A stretch of 64,000 nucleotides of DNA from Candidatus Iainarchaeum sp. (GTDB lineage: Archaea; Iainarchaeota; Iainarchaeia; Iainarchaeales; VGJJ01): NCBI GenBank assembly GCA_043803765.1, contig JAZDJQ010000018.1:32001-96000 (forward strand), in the 5' to 3' direction. This document shows positions 10,306-20,299 of the stretch, piece after piece (position 1 is the stretch's first letter; each line of letters starts with the position of its first letter). The notes under the pieces were generated by a model. The model worked only from the letters and a program-made list of their open reading frames with translations. It made no database searches and was not told where the DNA came from. Made by a program: the position numbers and the translations under genes.

Positions 10306-10528
10306 TTCCCTATTCTTCACAACAACTCAAAAGCACTCTTCTTCTATCGTCTCCTCGAATTCAAGGGGAGTTGGGGAATGCAACTCCCCGCTCTCTTTGA
10401 ATTATTTTTTTTCACCGGTTCGAATTCTTTATCTTTTATTACACGGCATAGCACAATGGCGCTTTCCTCTCCACCGGCATTAAAACACTTTACCCATGGA
10501 ATGTTTTACTCCACCCTGTTTTACCACT

Positions 10529-13123
10529 ATGATTAAACTCCTCACCCAAAAATACGCAGAAAAAGAGATTTATGCATCTCTCCACCCCCTCCTAGGAGGA
10601 TTCTTCAAACATCATTTTAACGGATTCACCGAACCCCAACAGTATTCCATTGTTTCCATTCACCGGCGCGAAAATATTCTCGTTTCCGCCCCAACCGGAA
10701 CAGGAAAAACACTCTCTGCGTTTGCCGCCGTATTAAGTGAACTCATGCACCTTTCCGACGCAGAACAATTAGAAGAACACGTGTATTGCGTGTATGTATC
10801 CCCACTCCGCGCCCTATCCAATGATATTGAAAAAAACCTCAATCAACCATTAGACGAATTGCAAAAGGCCGCCGAAAAAATAGGAAAAAAGTATGCCATC
10901 CGCATTGGAGTACGAACAGGAGACACGCCTACGCATGAAAGGCAACAAATGACACGAAAACCGCCTCACATTCTCATTACTACGCCTGAAACATTGGCTA
11001 TCGTACTCGCTTCCCCAAAATTCTCCCAAAGCATGAAAAACACGCGATGGTGTATCATTGATGAAATACACTCGCTCGCCAGCGGAAAAAGAGGAACCCA
11101 ACTCGCACTCACAACAGAAGCATTACAACGCCTTTCTCCAAATATGACACGCATTGGACTAAGCGCAACCGTAGCACCACTCGAAGAAATCGCCCACTAC
11201 CTTGTAGGAAACAACACCGAAGGAAAACCACGCCCATGCCAAATAGTCGATGTATCCTCTATCAAAGAAATGGACATGAAAGTCATTTCTCCACTGTCCG
11301 ACTTGATTAATACCACTCAAAAAAAAATGGATGAAGCCGTATACCGCACCCTCGATGACTTAATCGGGACACACCGCACCACGCTTATTTTTACCAACAC
11401 ACGAGCCGCAACCGAGCGGGTGGTGCATCATCTCAAAGAAAAATATCCTTCAAAATACGAAGGACTAATCGGAGCACACCACTCGTCATTATCCCGAACG
11501 CACCGATTACAAGTAGAAAATAGATTAAAAAACGGGGAACTAAAAGTATGCGTGAGCTCCACTTCCCTCGAACTAGGAATTGACATAGGATTCATTGACT
11601 TGGTGATATTATTAGGAAGCCCAAAAGGAGTAGCACGAGCGCTACAACGCACTGGAAGATCAGGACACAAACTGCATGACACGGTAAAAGGACGAATTGT
11701 CGTATTAGACCGAGACGATTTAATCGAATGCGGAGTATTACTTAAAAATGCCCTTGAAAAAAAAATTGACCGCGTATATGTCCCAAAAAACTGCCTCGAT
11801 GTACTCGCACAACACATTTTTGGACTCGTAGTAAATGAACCACGAAATATCGAAGAAGTATACGAGGAAATACGACGAGCATACCCCTATCAAACACTCC
11901 CACGGACGGATTTCCAAGAAGTACTAGATTATCTCTCAGGAGTGTATGCAGGATTAGAAGTTCGGCATGTATACGCCAAAATATGGATCGACGAAAAAAC
12001 AGGTATGATGGGAAAAAGAGGAAAACTAGCACGCGTCATCTATATGACCAACGTGGGAACGATACCTGATGAAGCAAAAGTAAAAGTGAAAATAGGAGAA
12101 CACATCATTGGAACGTTTGATGAAGCATTCATGGACCGACTCAAAAAAGGAGACACATTCGTGCTAGGAGGAAACACGCTAGAGTTTCAATTCGCACGAG
12201 GAATGACGGTGCAAGCAAAATCAGCATCCGGAAAAATTCCAACCGTTCCATCCTGGGTGTCCGAGATGCTTCCATTATCCTATGACTTGGCGGTGGACAT
12301 TCAAAAATTCAGACGACTAATGAATGACCTTTTTTCCTCAAAAAAATCAAAAAAAGAAATCCTCGCATTCATTGATGACTACCTCTACGTAGACAAGAAT
12401 GCAGGAAACGCCATTTATGAATACTTCAATCAGCAATACCGTTTCGCCCAAATACCACGAGATGGACACATTTTGCTCGAACAGGTAAAAATGGAAGGAA
12501 TGACCTATTTTGTATTTCACACGCTTTATGGAAGACGCGTGAATGATGCACTATCACGAGCATACGCCTACACGTTAGGAAGAATGATACACCAAGATGT
12601 AGACATCCTATTAGGAGACAATGGATTCGCACTGCGTTTTGGTGGAAAAGCATCCCCCGAAAAACTCATTTCACTTGTTCATTCGTGGGAACTGCCCAAA
12701 ATAATGAACGTAGCATTACGAACATCGGAAGTATTACGAAGGAGATTTCGACACTGCGCAACAAGAGCATTCATGATTCTTCGAACATACCGAGGAAGAA
12801 CCAAAACAGTAGGAAGACAACAAATGTCCTCACGATTACTGCTTTCGGCCGTACAACGAATGGATGAAAACTTCTCCATACTACGAGAAGCACGAAGAGA
12901 AGTAGTAGAAGACCTCATGGACTTGCCCCACGCAAAAGAAATCGTAACCAAAATAGAACAAGGAATGATTAAAGTAACCATTCTCCCATTGGACACGTTT
13001 TCCCCATTCTCCTTTAACCTAATCGCACAGGGACATTACGATGTAATCCGCCTAGAAGACCGGCTTACCTTTATCAAGCGGATGCACGAAAAAGTGTTGC
13101 AACATGTCGCACAACCCGCCTAA
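10529..13123 (+). CDS. lhr: Lhr-core ATP-dependent helicase
   Basis: APTGTGKT, SPLRAL, TTPE, DEIH, GLSAT, HHSSLS, SLELGID, QRTGRSGH. Confidence 0.93.
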   Translation: MIKLLTQKYAEKEIYASLHPLLGGFFKHHFNGFTEPQQYSIVSIHRRENILVSAPTGTGKTLSAFAAVLSELMHLSDAEQLEEHVYCVYVSPLRALSNDIEKNLNQPLDELQKAAEKIGKKYAIRIGVRTGDTPTHERQQMTRKPPHILITTPETLAIVLASPKFSQSMKNTRWCIIDEIHSLASGKRGTQLALTTEALQRLSPNMTRIGLSATVAPLEEIAHYLVGNNTEGKPRPCQIVDVSSIKEMDMKVISPLSDLINTTQKKMDEAVYRTLDDLIGTHRTTLIFTNTRAATERVVHHLKEKYPSKYEGLIGAHHSSLSRTHRLQVENRLKNGELKVCVSSTSLELGIDIGFIDLVILLGSPKGVARALQRTGRSGHKLHDTVKGRIVVLDRDDLIECGVLLKNALEKKIDRVYVPKNCLDVLAQHIFGLVVNEPRNIEEVYEEIRRAYPYQTLPRTDFQEVLDYLSGVYAGLEVRHVYAKIWIDEKTGMMGKRGKLARVIYMTNVGTIPDEAKVKVKIGEHIIGTFDEAFMDRLKKGDTFVLGGNTLEFQFARGMTVQAKSASGKIPTVPSWVSEMLPLSYDLAVDIQKFRRLMNDLFSSKKSKKEILAFIDDYLYVDKNAGNAIYEYFNQQYRFAQIPRDGHILLEQVKMEGMTYFVFHTLYGRRVNDALSRAYAYTLGRMIHQDVDILLGDNGFALRFGGKASPEKLISLVHSWELPKIMNVALRTSEVLRRRFRHCATRAFMILRTYRGRTKTVGRQQMSSRLLLSAVQRMDENFSILREARREVVEDLMDLPHAKEIVTKIEQGMIKVTILPLDTFSPFSFNLIAQGHYDVIRLEDRLTFIKRMHEKVLQHVAQPA

Positions 13124-13865
13124 AAAAAATCACGATCCAACACCCATTGAAATGGGACCGGGATTCTATTCCATGGGAATTTCCCTATTAATCCCTTCAG
13201 ATGGAACACTTATTCTATCAGATTTACAGTTAGGAATGGAAGAACAATACAACAACCAAGGCGTTTTCATTCCGCGCTTTAATTACACCGAAGTAAAAAA
13301 ACACCTCCAAGAAATTTTCCACCACACCCATCACTTTGACCAAATCATACTGAACGGGGATATTAAACACGGATTTGGAAAAGCAACCGACCAAGAATGG
13401 AAAGAAGTCATTGCATTACTCGAATTCATTTCTCCCCACGCGGAAAAAATACTCATCATCAAAGGAAACCATGATATTGCCATTGAACCCATTGCACGAT
13501 TCGCAAAAATAGAAATAGAAACGGAAGGATTTTTCCTCGAAAAAAGCAAAACATTTGTTTGCCATGGACACGAAATACCCGATGAAAAAAAATGGAAAAA
13601 CGCCCACACGATTGTCATTGGGCATGACCATCCTGCCATCATGCTCAAAGACGGAGCCACCAAACAACAATTCAAATGCTTCCTCATAGGAAACTGGAAA
13701 GGAAAAAGACTCATTGTTGTTCCTTCATTCAATTTTGCCAGCACTGGAAGCGACCCGAGAGAAGGAGTATTATCCCCATTCCTCAAAGGAAACATTCATG
13801 CGTTCCGCGCATGGTTAGTAGAAGACCACGCGTATGACTTTGGAACACTAGATGAATTACCATAA
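13104..13865 (+). CDS. Lhr-associated metallophosphoesterase
   Basis: SDLQLG, NGD, KGNHD, CHGH, GHDHP, PSF; overlaps lhr stop as in known Lhr-MPE operons. Confidence 0.88.
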   Translation: MSHNPPKKNHDPTPIEMGPGFYSMGISLLIPSDGTLILSDLQLGMEEQYNNQGVFIPRFNYTEVKKHLQEIFHHTHHFDQIILNGDIKHGFGKATDQEWKEVIALLEFISPHAEKILIIKGNHDIAIEPIARFAKIEIETEGFFLEKSKTFVCHGHEIPDEKKWKNAHTIVIGHDHPAIMLKDGATKQQFKCFLIGNWKGKRLIVVPSFNFASTGSDPREGVLSPFLKGNIHAFRAWLVEDHAYDFGTLDELP

Positions 13866-13877
13866 ACAGGCAACTTG

Positions 13878-14294
13878 TTATTTCGGATAAAAACGAGCAT
13901 AATATTCCCGCGTCTTTTCCGATTGATGAGAGTGTTGAAGCACTGCACCCAGATAACGAAACGCACTTTTCAATTCGTCCAAAGTAGGCGCACGATAAAT
14001 TGTTATCCCATTTTCAACGCGCGGAGTGAAAATAAAAGCCCGAATGAAAGTACGAATCCTTGTGTACTGCGCGTTTGATAATTTTCCGCGCTTTATAAAA
14101 TGATAAAGCCATGACTGCATGTTCCGTTCAAAAAAAATCCGAGCATTCCATATCATTGTCGCCTGTTCTTGCGTTGTTTTAGCAAAAATCTCGTTCCTCC
14201 CAATTCGGGAAGGAATCCCAATCCAGCTTCTATTTGCATCCCGCTCCCTGCGATAAAAAGGACTCTTATTAATACGAACAATCACACGACCCAT
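13878..14294 (-). CDS. Basic orphan protein
   Basis: ORF fills the gap; start MGRVIVRINK; no recognisable motif. Confidence 0.5.
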   Translation of the reverse strand: MGRVIVRINKSPFYRRERDANRSWIGIPSRIGRNEIFAKTTQEQATMIWNARIFFERNMQSWLYHFIKRGKLSNAQYTRIRTFIRAFIFTPRVENGITIYRAPTLDELKSAFRYLGAVLQHSHQSEKTREYYARFYPK

Positions 14295-14379
14295 AAAGAA
14301 GAAAAGAAAACACTCCACTATAAGAATATGACTCACTCCAAAAGAGAAAGCAAAAAAAATAACGCGTGGTTTTATGGAA

Positions 14380-14544
14380 TTACGTCAGCATGTTCGGAAT
14401 ACCTTTCTCAACAAAATACTGCTTCTTACACTTATCACAGGTGAGGATTTGCTTTTCCTTGTCGAAAAAAAGAGAACCATGGTCAAGGGGACACACCAGC
14501 ACGTTCCGTAGAATGGGAGAGATGTCGTGCAAGGGAGCACTCAT
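14380..14544 (-). CDS. Trm112-like Zn-ribbon methyltransferase activator (54 aa, not in ORF track)
   Basis: Hand-translated MSAPLHDISPILRNVLVCPLDHGSLFFDKEKQILTCDKCKKQYFVEKGIPNMLT*; LVCP..CxxC..Y...GIP.ML signature. Confidence 0.85.
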   Translation of the reverse strand: MSAPLHDISPILRNVLVCPLDHGSLFFDKEKQILTCDKCKKQYFVEKGIPNMLT

Positions 14545-14597
14545 AGGATAGAAAACCCCTGTCCGGGTTTAAAACCCATTGACTCTCAACTAGTTCC

Positions 14598-15773
14598 ATG
14601 ACGGTCTTCCGTACACGAATAGGAGAAAAGGAAATCATCCTTGTTGGAACCGCCCACATCTCCAAGAAGTCCATCGAATTGGTGGAAAAAACCATTTTGG
14701 AAGAACAACCTGATATCGTAGGAGTAGAATTGGATGAACTGCGATTGCAACAATTGTTGCACGGAAACAAGTGGGAAAACACTAACATTCTAGAACTAAT
14801 TCAAACCGGACAAGCAGGGCTGATTTTGCTTAATTTATTTCTATCCAACATGCAAAAACAATTAGGAGAAAAAGTAGGAGTCAAACCCGGAGAAGAAATG
14901 AAAGTCGCCGTTGAACGTGCGAAAGAAATGAAAAAACCACTATTATTGATGGACCGAAGCCTACAAATCACAATGAAAAGAGCCATGGCTGAAATCAGTT
15001 TGTGGGAGAAACTCAAACTAGGAGGAAGTCTCATCATGGGACTATTCGGAGACAACAACGAAACCATTAATGAAAAAAAAATAGAAGAAATGAAAGAATC
15101 CGATTTAGTCACCAAACTCATGCTCGAATTAAGCAAACAATACCCCAAACTAAAAAAAACACTCGTGGACGAACGAGACGCATACATTGCTCACTCCCTC
15201 ATCCAAAGCCCTGGAAAAAAAATAGTAGGCGTTATTGGCATCGGACACGCGCAGGGGATTATTCAGCATTTACAAAACTATGCTAGTGGAAAAAAAGAAG
15301 AAATGCCAACGCTCAACGAATTAATCATTGTTCCAACAAAGAAAAAAAACCACGTAATCGAATGGGGAATTCCCATTGCATTTATTGCTATTCTCGCATG
15401 GATATTCTACACGCAGGGAGCGGAGCTCTCGATTCACTTCATTGGATTCTGGGTGATTGGACATGGGGTACTAGCAGGAAGCGGTGCACTACTTGCTGGA
15501 GCACAATGGAAAACCGTGTTGGGAGTAGTAGCCACCGCATGGTTAGCCGCATTACACCCCCTCATCGCAGCCGGATGGATTGCGGCCGCCATCGAAACAA
15601 AAGAAAACAGTCCCGCCATGAAAGACTTCACCAACTTGAATCAACTGAACAGTGTAGGGGACTTCCGCCGAAACAGGGTAACGCAAATATTACTCATCAC
15701 CGTGCTCACCAATCTCGGAAGCATGGCTGCCACCATCCTTGTGATCCCCTACCTTATCAGCACGCTGGGATAA
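14598..15773 (+). CDS. TraB/PrgY-family protein
   Basis: LVGTAHIS, VELD..R, PGEEM, DR, LVDERD, GIGH, C-terminal TM helices. Confidence 0.9.
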   Translation: MTVFRTRIGEKEIILVGTAHISKKSIELVEKTILEEQPDIVGVELDELRLQQLLHGNKWENTNILELIQTGQAGLILLNLFLSNMQKQLGEKVGVKPGEEMKVAVERAKEMKKPLLLMDRSLQITMKRAMAEISLWEKLKLGGSLIMGLFGDNNETINEKKIEEMKESDLVTKLMLELSKQYPKLKKTLVDERDAYIAHSLIQSPGKKIVGVIGIGHAQGIIQHLQNYASGKKEEMPTLNELIIVPTKKKNHVIEWGIPIAFIAILAWIFYTQGAELSIHFIGFWVIGHGVLAGSGALLAGAQWKTVLGVVATAWLAALHPLIAAGWIAAAIETKENSPAMKDFTNLNQLNSVGDFRRNRVTQILLITVLTNLGSMAATILVIPYLISTLG

Positions 15774-15834
15774 GGATGAAATCTATGAAGAAACGCCCTC
15801 TTTGATTAAATAGAGACTAACTGTCTAATCCACC

Positions 15835-16533
15835 ATGACGGGTATTTTTCGCCGCGTACGGAACCGCATCCTGAAACGAACAACAGGGATGAAAAAGAAA
15901 ACAGTCCCCCGCCTTCCGTCTAACGAAACCCAACTTCACATCAGGGAAACGAAAAGAAAATCCCTCATCTACACGCCGGAAGGAAAAGCATTCATTCAAG
16001 CCCACCCGGGAATCATACGGGATTTCCTTACCGCACGAAGGGAGATACTGAAAGGAAAAGAAGAAGTGAAAAAAGGAAAAATAACCGTCGAATGGTATCA
16101 TGCCGAAGGAGATGTCCATTCAATATTATACAAAATCCGCATCGGAGGGAGATCATTTTTCATCAAGGAGCAAAGGGAGGGTTTCCAAGGACGCGAGTTT
16201 GTCCCAAGATTGGACCTAGCCAAGAGGCAGATCATGGCACTGCACGCCGCACGAAGACTGCTTCGCAACATACCCGGAGTAGAAGTGGCCAACTATCACT
16301 TGGCATGGACCAGTGGAGAAAACTCGTTCCTCATCACGGATTTCTACTATGGGGAGAACTGCAAAAAACTCATGAGGGACTCCACATCCATTTATGAAGG
16401 CATTGTTCCCCGCATCAGAAAAATCCGCGGGATTCTAAGAGGAAAATTGGGTGATGTCAAGGACTACAACATGATCTACCTTCCAGAAACTGACACTATC
16501 ATTGTATTTGACCTAAGAGAATTGACACAATAG
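15835..16533 (+). CDS. Orphan with protein-kinase-like motifs
   Basis: YKIRIGGRSFFIKE (VAIK-like), LITDF hinge, GDVKDYN (catalytic loop DxxxxN), IIVFD. Confidence 0.5.
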   Translation: MTGIFRRVRNRILKRTTGMKKKTVPRLPSNETQLHIRETKRKSLIYTPEGKAFIQAHPGIIRDFLTARREILKGKEEVKKGKITVEWYHAEGDVHSILYKIRIGGRSFFIKEQREGFQGREFVPRLDLAKRQIMALHAARRLLRNIPGVEVANYHLAWTSGENSFLITDFYYGENCKKLMRDSTSIYEGIVPRIRKIRGILRGKLGDVKDYNMIYLPETDTIIVFDLRELTQ

Positions 16534-16550
16534 AAGAAGCGAAAAATCAT

Positions 16551-16952
16551 TCACCGCTCGTGCACCCATTGCACGACCACGCCTGCCACAATCCACTCAA
16601 TGGCACTGAAAACAATCTCGGCAACCGCAACCCCCAAAGGAGCATACCCCATAATCATCACGGGAAACATGATTCCTCCAACAAAAAAAATCATTAAACC
16701 ATAATTCACTCCCTTCCTCCAACCACTACCGGGAATGGACTTTTGAATAATAGGATAAATCAAACCCCATGCCAAACCCACAACTAGAATAGAAAGAAAA
16801 AAGAAAAACGCCCCATTACCTACCATCATATCCTGATATTGTTCTGCAAACCAAATCATCCGCGCAGGATACAACTGATCAAAAAGAATACCCAAAACGA
16901 AAAAAGAGACCGCTGCCAAAACACCTGAAACAATACTCTTCAACAAACTCAT
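16551..16952 (-). CDS. Four-TM membrane protein
   Basis: Four hydrophobic segments; PGSGWRKGVNYGL. Confidence 0.7.
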   Translation of the reverse strand: MSLLKSIVSGVLAAVSFFVLGILFDQLYPARMIWFAEQYQDMMVGNGAFFFFLSILVVGLAWGLIYPIIQKSIPGSGWRKGVNYGLMIFFVGGIMFPVMIMGYAPLGVAVAEIVFSAIEWIVAGVVVQWVHER

Positions 16953-17054
16953 ATAAAGAAAATAATTATTGACTTTTTAAGGATTACGATATCCCGCAAA
17001 AATCCAATAGAGCGCACTCTTACCCTCTCACTATTTTCTAAACATTCAATCATC

Positions 17055-17453
17055 CTACCGTACTATTACACCACTCTTAACCTGCCGTTCACACACCAGC
17101 AGGGAGAATTTCATATCATCATCCAGTGCCGCCAAAAGCATCCCTTGACTTATTACCCCGCCTAGTTTTTTGGACTCCAAATTAGAAACAATACAAATCG
17201 TTTTCCCAATTAATTCCTCTTTACTATACCACGGTTTGACTCCTGCAACAAGAGAACGAGTTTCATCTCCCACTTCCAACGTGAGATGATATAACTTATC
17301 TTTCCCAGGAATATCCTCCACGTTAATGACCTTGGCGGTTTTGAGTTTGACAAAGTTTAGGAATTGGTCAATCGTAATAACACCATCAACATGAGGGGGG
17401 GAATTCGTATGACTCGCATCATTCGGTTTGGGAATATTAGATTGGTTATTCAT
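17055..17453 (-). CDS. tRNA-binding OB-fold protein (Trbp111/CsaA/MetRS C-terminal-like)
   Basis: ITIDQF, DKLYHL..EVG, LVAG, NLESKKLGGVISQGMLLAA. Confidence 0.88.
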   Translation of the reverse strand: MNNQSNIPKPNDASHTNSPPHVDGVITIDQFLNFVKLKTAKVINVEDIPGKDKLYHLTLEVGDETRSLVAGVKPWYSKEELIGKTICIVSNLESKKLGGVISQGMLLAALDDDMKFSLLVCERQVKSGVIVR

Positions 17454-17523
17454 ACACGAAAAAGAGAGGGAATCACTTTTAGCCTTAACGGTGAAATCAG
17501 CCTGCCAAATATTTTTTAGCCAC

Positions 17524-17841
17524 TTACACACGATTTAAATGCCTCAAGTGTGTGATAAGAGCACGATACACTTCTTTACATTTTGCATTGGAAAGTTTGA
17601 TTAGGCGTTTCTCAATACTATGCGCAGTAACCGAAAAAATGTAATTCGTTTTAATAATACTATCAAATGGCAATCCTTCACTAGTAGAAACAGGAACTCC
17701 ATGCATCTTTTCGTTACTGGTTATTCCAGCCACCACAAAATTCCCATAATATTCATACAGAATTAAGGCAGGCCTTACTTTAATCTGCGCCGAATCGGTA
17801 AATGGAATATGGGATAATACAACGTCTCCGGCCTCATACAT
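17524..17841 (-). CDS. MazF/PemK-family toxin
   Basis: GDVVLSHIPFTDSAQIKVRPALIL...GITS. Confidence 0.85.
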   Translation of the reverse strand: MYEAGDVVLSHIPFTDSAQIKVRPALILYEYYGNFVVAGITSNEKMHGVPVSTSEGLPFDSIIKTNYIFSVTAHSIEKRLIKLSNAKCKEVYRALITHLRHLNRV

Positions 17842-18052
17842 GCTCCCACCTCTCATCAGCCGCGTTGTCCCACAAGGCTTTCATCCTCTCTTGTTGAATC
17901 TTAAACAGGAACTCATCGTACTCGCTGGGATGCTTGGCTTTCTTGAATGTTTGAACGAGTTTCAGCAATAATTCGGAATAAGACTGCCGCGGACTCTCCT
18001 TAATGGATTTTAATTCATTGAGCAATTGTTTGGAAACCTGAATGGTGGTCAT
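17834..18052 (-). CDS. Cognate antitoxin (RHH-like)
   Basis: MTTIQVSKQLLNELKSIK...SYSELL..L; acidic C-terminus LWDNAADERWE; overlaps toxin start. Confidence 0.8.
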   Translation of the reverse strand: MTTIQVSKQLLNELKSIKESPRQSYSELLLKLVQTFKKAKHPSEYDEFLFKIQQERMKALWDNAADERWEHV

Positions 18053-18254
18053 CTTTGCTCCCTTCATTGTATAAGTACAATATAATAAGTATATAAGTGT
18101 ATTTAATTCTTCCAAGGGTAAACCGCCAACGGATTGGATTCAACATCTTCCTTTTATTTTTCAATAGGGCTGCCCAACCGAGACGCCAAAGAAGCCCTAA
18201 GATAAGGAGACTAAGTAAGAAATAGAAAAAGTGGGCGCTTGACGGTGTCTGAGT

Positions 18255-18893
18255 CTATCGTTCTTTCCCCGCTTTAAGATAAGGAAGAACCGTTCCTTCC
18301 TTCTCCGCAATGCGAATGAGATTGCGGGCATACCCCATACGTTGCAATGTTCCAATGAATGAAACGAAAGCAATCGCCCAAAGACCATATTCGATTATTT
18401 GAAAAGAAAAAGAAGGAAAAACAACCGAGAGTAATGTAGCGAGGAAAAGCAAGACAAGTTTGTCTGCGTGCTCTCCAATAGCCGGCCAATCCCTATTATC
18501 CGTGATAATCACCAACGCTACACGGGGCTTAGCATACGAGCTCCACAAACTAAAACCAAGCGCTGCCACTCCTGCAAGAGGGTGCATAATCGCCAAGCCC
18601 AAAAACAATAGGATTTCAACCAATTTGTCAATCATGGTTTCAAAGTAGTTCCCCCACAACGTTTGTTTTCCTTGAACACGTGCCACTGTGCCATCCACCC
18701 CATCCCACACTGAAGCAAGAAGCAATCCAATCAATGCAGGAGCATATTGCCCCGTGCTATAAGCAAACGCCGCATACCCTGCAAAGGGAAGGGCGAATAA
18801 AGACACTAGGTTGGGGTTTATCTTCAACCAAATAAAAGGCGTAGCAAGCAGCCCAAAAAAAGGCTTGAAGAATGAACGAAATTGACCCAGCAT
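18255..18893 (-). CDS. CDP-alcohol phosphatidyltransferase
   Basis: PNLVS, DGVDGTVAR...G...E...D motif. Confidence 0.9.
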   Translation of the reverse strand: MLGQFRSFFKPFFGLLATPFIWLKINPNLVSLFALPFAGYAAFAYSTGQYAPALIGLLLASVWDGVDGTVARVQGKQTLWGNYFETMIDKLVEILLFLGLAIMHPLAGVAALGFSLWSSYAKPRVALVIITDNRDWPAIGEHADKLVLLFLATLLSVVFPSFSFQIIEYGLWAIAFVSFIGTLQRMGYARNLIRIAEKEGTVLPYLKAGKER

Positions 18894-19213
18894 AGAACAT
18901 TTCACACAATCGTGGTATTTGAAACCTTATCCCTCATTCCACCTTCCTCCAAAAAAACAAAAAACAAAAAAACGGGAATCAACGAATAAAAACAAAAAAT
19001 TAACACAACCTACGCATCGTTTTTCACCCCCATTTCTCCAAAAAAAGGTAGCATTTACCCCATTTTTGAAAACAAACCCTGGATGAAAAGGAAAAATAAT
19101 ATAAAGTCCAAAGTAAAGAATTCAAAGCCTAATAGGGGGAAGTGGTTTGGTTTTACCAACCTAAACCTAAAAGAACACCTTTTGTTAGGAAAGAAGCACA
19201 GTAAAGAGATGGG

Positions 19214-19600
19214 GTGAAGCAAAAAATGAGTCTAGTCAGTTTAACATTCGGCAATAGCCGAAATAAGATGAGTGTTCCTTCAGAAATACAGGTAATTAGC
19301 CGGCCAGAAGACCATATCGAGGTAACACCGGGGTCGGAACCCAAACTAGAGGTTCAAAAAATTTCCACTTTCATGGGATTTGACGGGGTATATATCATTG
19401 GAAAAGTCACAAGCGGAATGATTGCTCCATTCATGGTGGGCGTTTCTCCCACAGGCAAAAAATTCAGAGTAACCGAGATTGAAAGCAAATACCCCAACTG
19501 CGCAGTAGCCAAACAGGGAATGACAGTAGGGTTAAGCGTAGAAGGAATACACAAAGAAGATGTCATACAGGCTAAAGAATTACAATTCATGGCCAAGTAG
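19214..19600 (+). CDS. Stand-alone EF-Tu domain II-like beta-barrel protein
   Basis: IIGKVTSGMI...VTEIE.....A.QGMTVGLSV; start uncertain. Confidence 0.6.
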   Translation: MKQKMSLVSLTFGNSRNKMSVPSEIQVISRPEDHIEVTPGSEPKLEVQKISTFMGFDGVYIIGKVTSGMIAPFMVGVSPTGKKFRVTEIESKYPNCAVAKQGMTVGLSVEGIHKEDVIQAKELQFMAK

Positions 19601-19805
19601 AAAACAAACCCAATTCCCCCAACTCATCACGAGGCAAACAACCCCCCCCGCTCAGGGGGCATCTTCTAAGCGAACGATTGCGTGCGCATGCGCAGTATGA
19701 ACGAGGCACGATTCGAAAAAGAGGGTGAAAGGCACCCTTATATTTCCCAACAACGTTTTACATGCAACTAGCCAATACGTTAACTACCAGGGGAAATGAT
19801 CACGA

Positions 19806-20165
19806 ATGATGAATGACATGTTCAAAACAGGCCCTACCGATGTAGAACGGTGGACAGAAGGATTGCACGCAGGAATAACAAAATGGAAAGGAGTCAAACA
19901 GAAACGAATGGGATTAGGAGATGCATTTTATTTGAATGGAGAAATTTTCGCCGAGATGAATTATACGATGCGCGAAGTCAAAGTCCGTGTAAAATTAGGA
20001 AAAACACAACAGCAACGAGCAATACAATTAGGAACAGCCCAACCGGAAATGGAACAGAACCAACACAAAGAAGGATGGGTATATGTGAACGTGGATCATG
20101 ATACTCGACTACAGGATGCAATCAACCTCGCACGACAAGCCTACATGGAAAAACAGCGACTATAA
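19806..20165 (+). CDS. Hypothetical protein (YjbR/TfoX/DUF5519-like fold possible)
   Basis: AFYLNGEIFA...GWV.V...A..LAR.AY pattern. Confidence 0.5.
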   Translation: MMNDMFKTGPTDVERWTEGLHAGITKWKGVKQKRMGLGDAFYLNGEIFAEMNYTMREVKVRVKLGKTQQQRAIQLGTAQPEMEQNQHKEGWVYVNVDHDTRLQDAINLARQAYMEKQRL

Positions 20166-20299
20166 TAGCAAATGATTTTTCCACTAAAAACAAACCGGCA
20201 GAAACCCAAATACTTTCATCACGTACAATCCAACAGCACCACCTAGTAGAAAAACAATCACCGTGCAGAGTCGCCTTTTTAACCTCCCATAATATAAAA

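Noticed and set aside
19600-19720. Possible C/D sRNA (GTGATGA and CTGA on minus strand) and TGCGCATGCGCA palindrome
   Set aside because: Box order and spacing incomplete; no terminal D box
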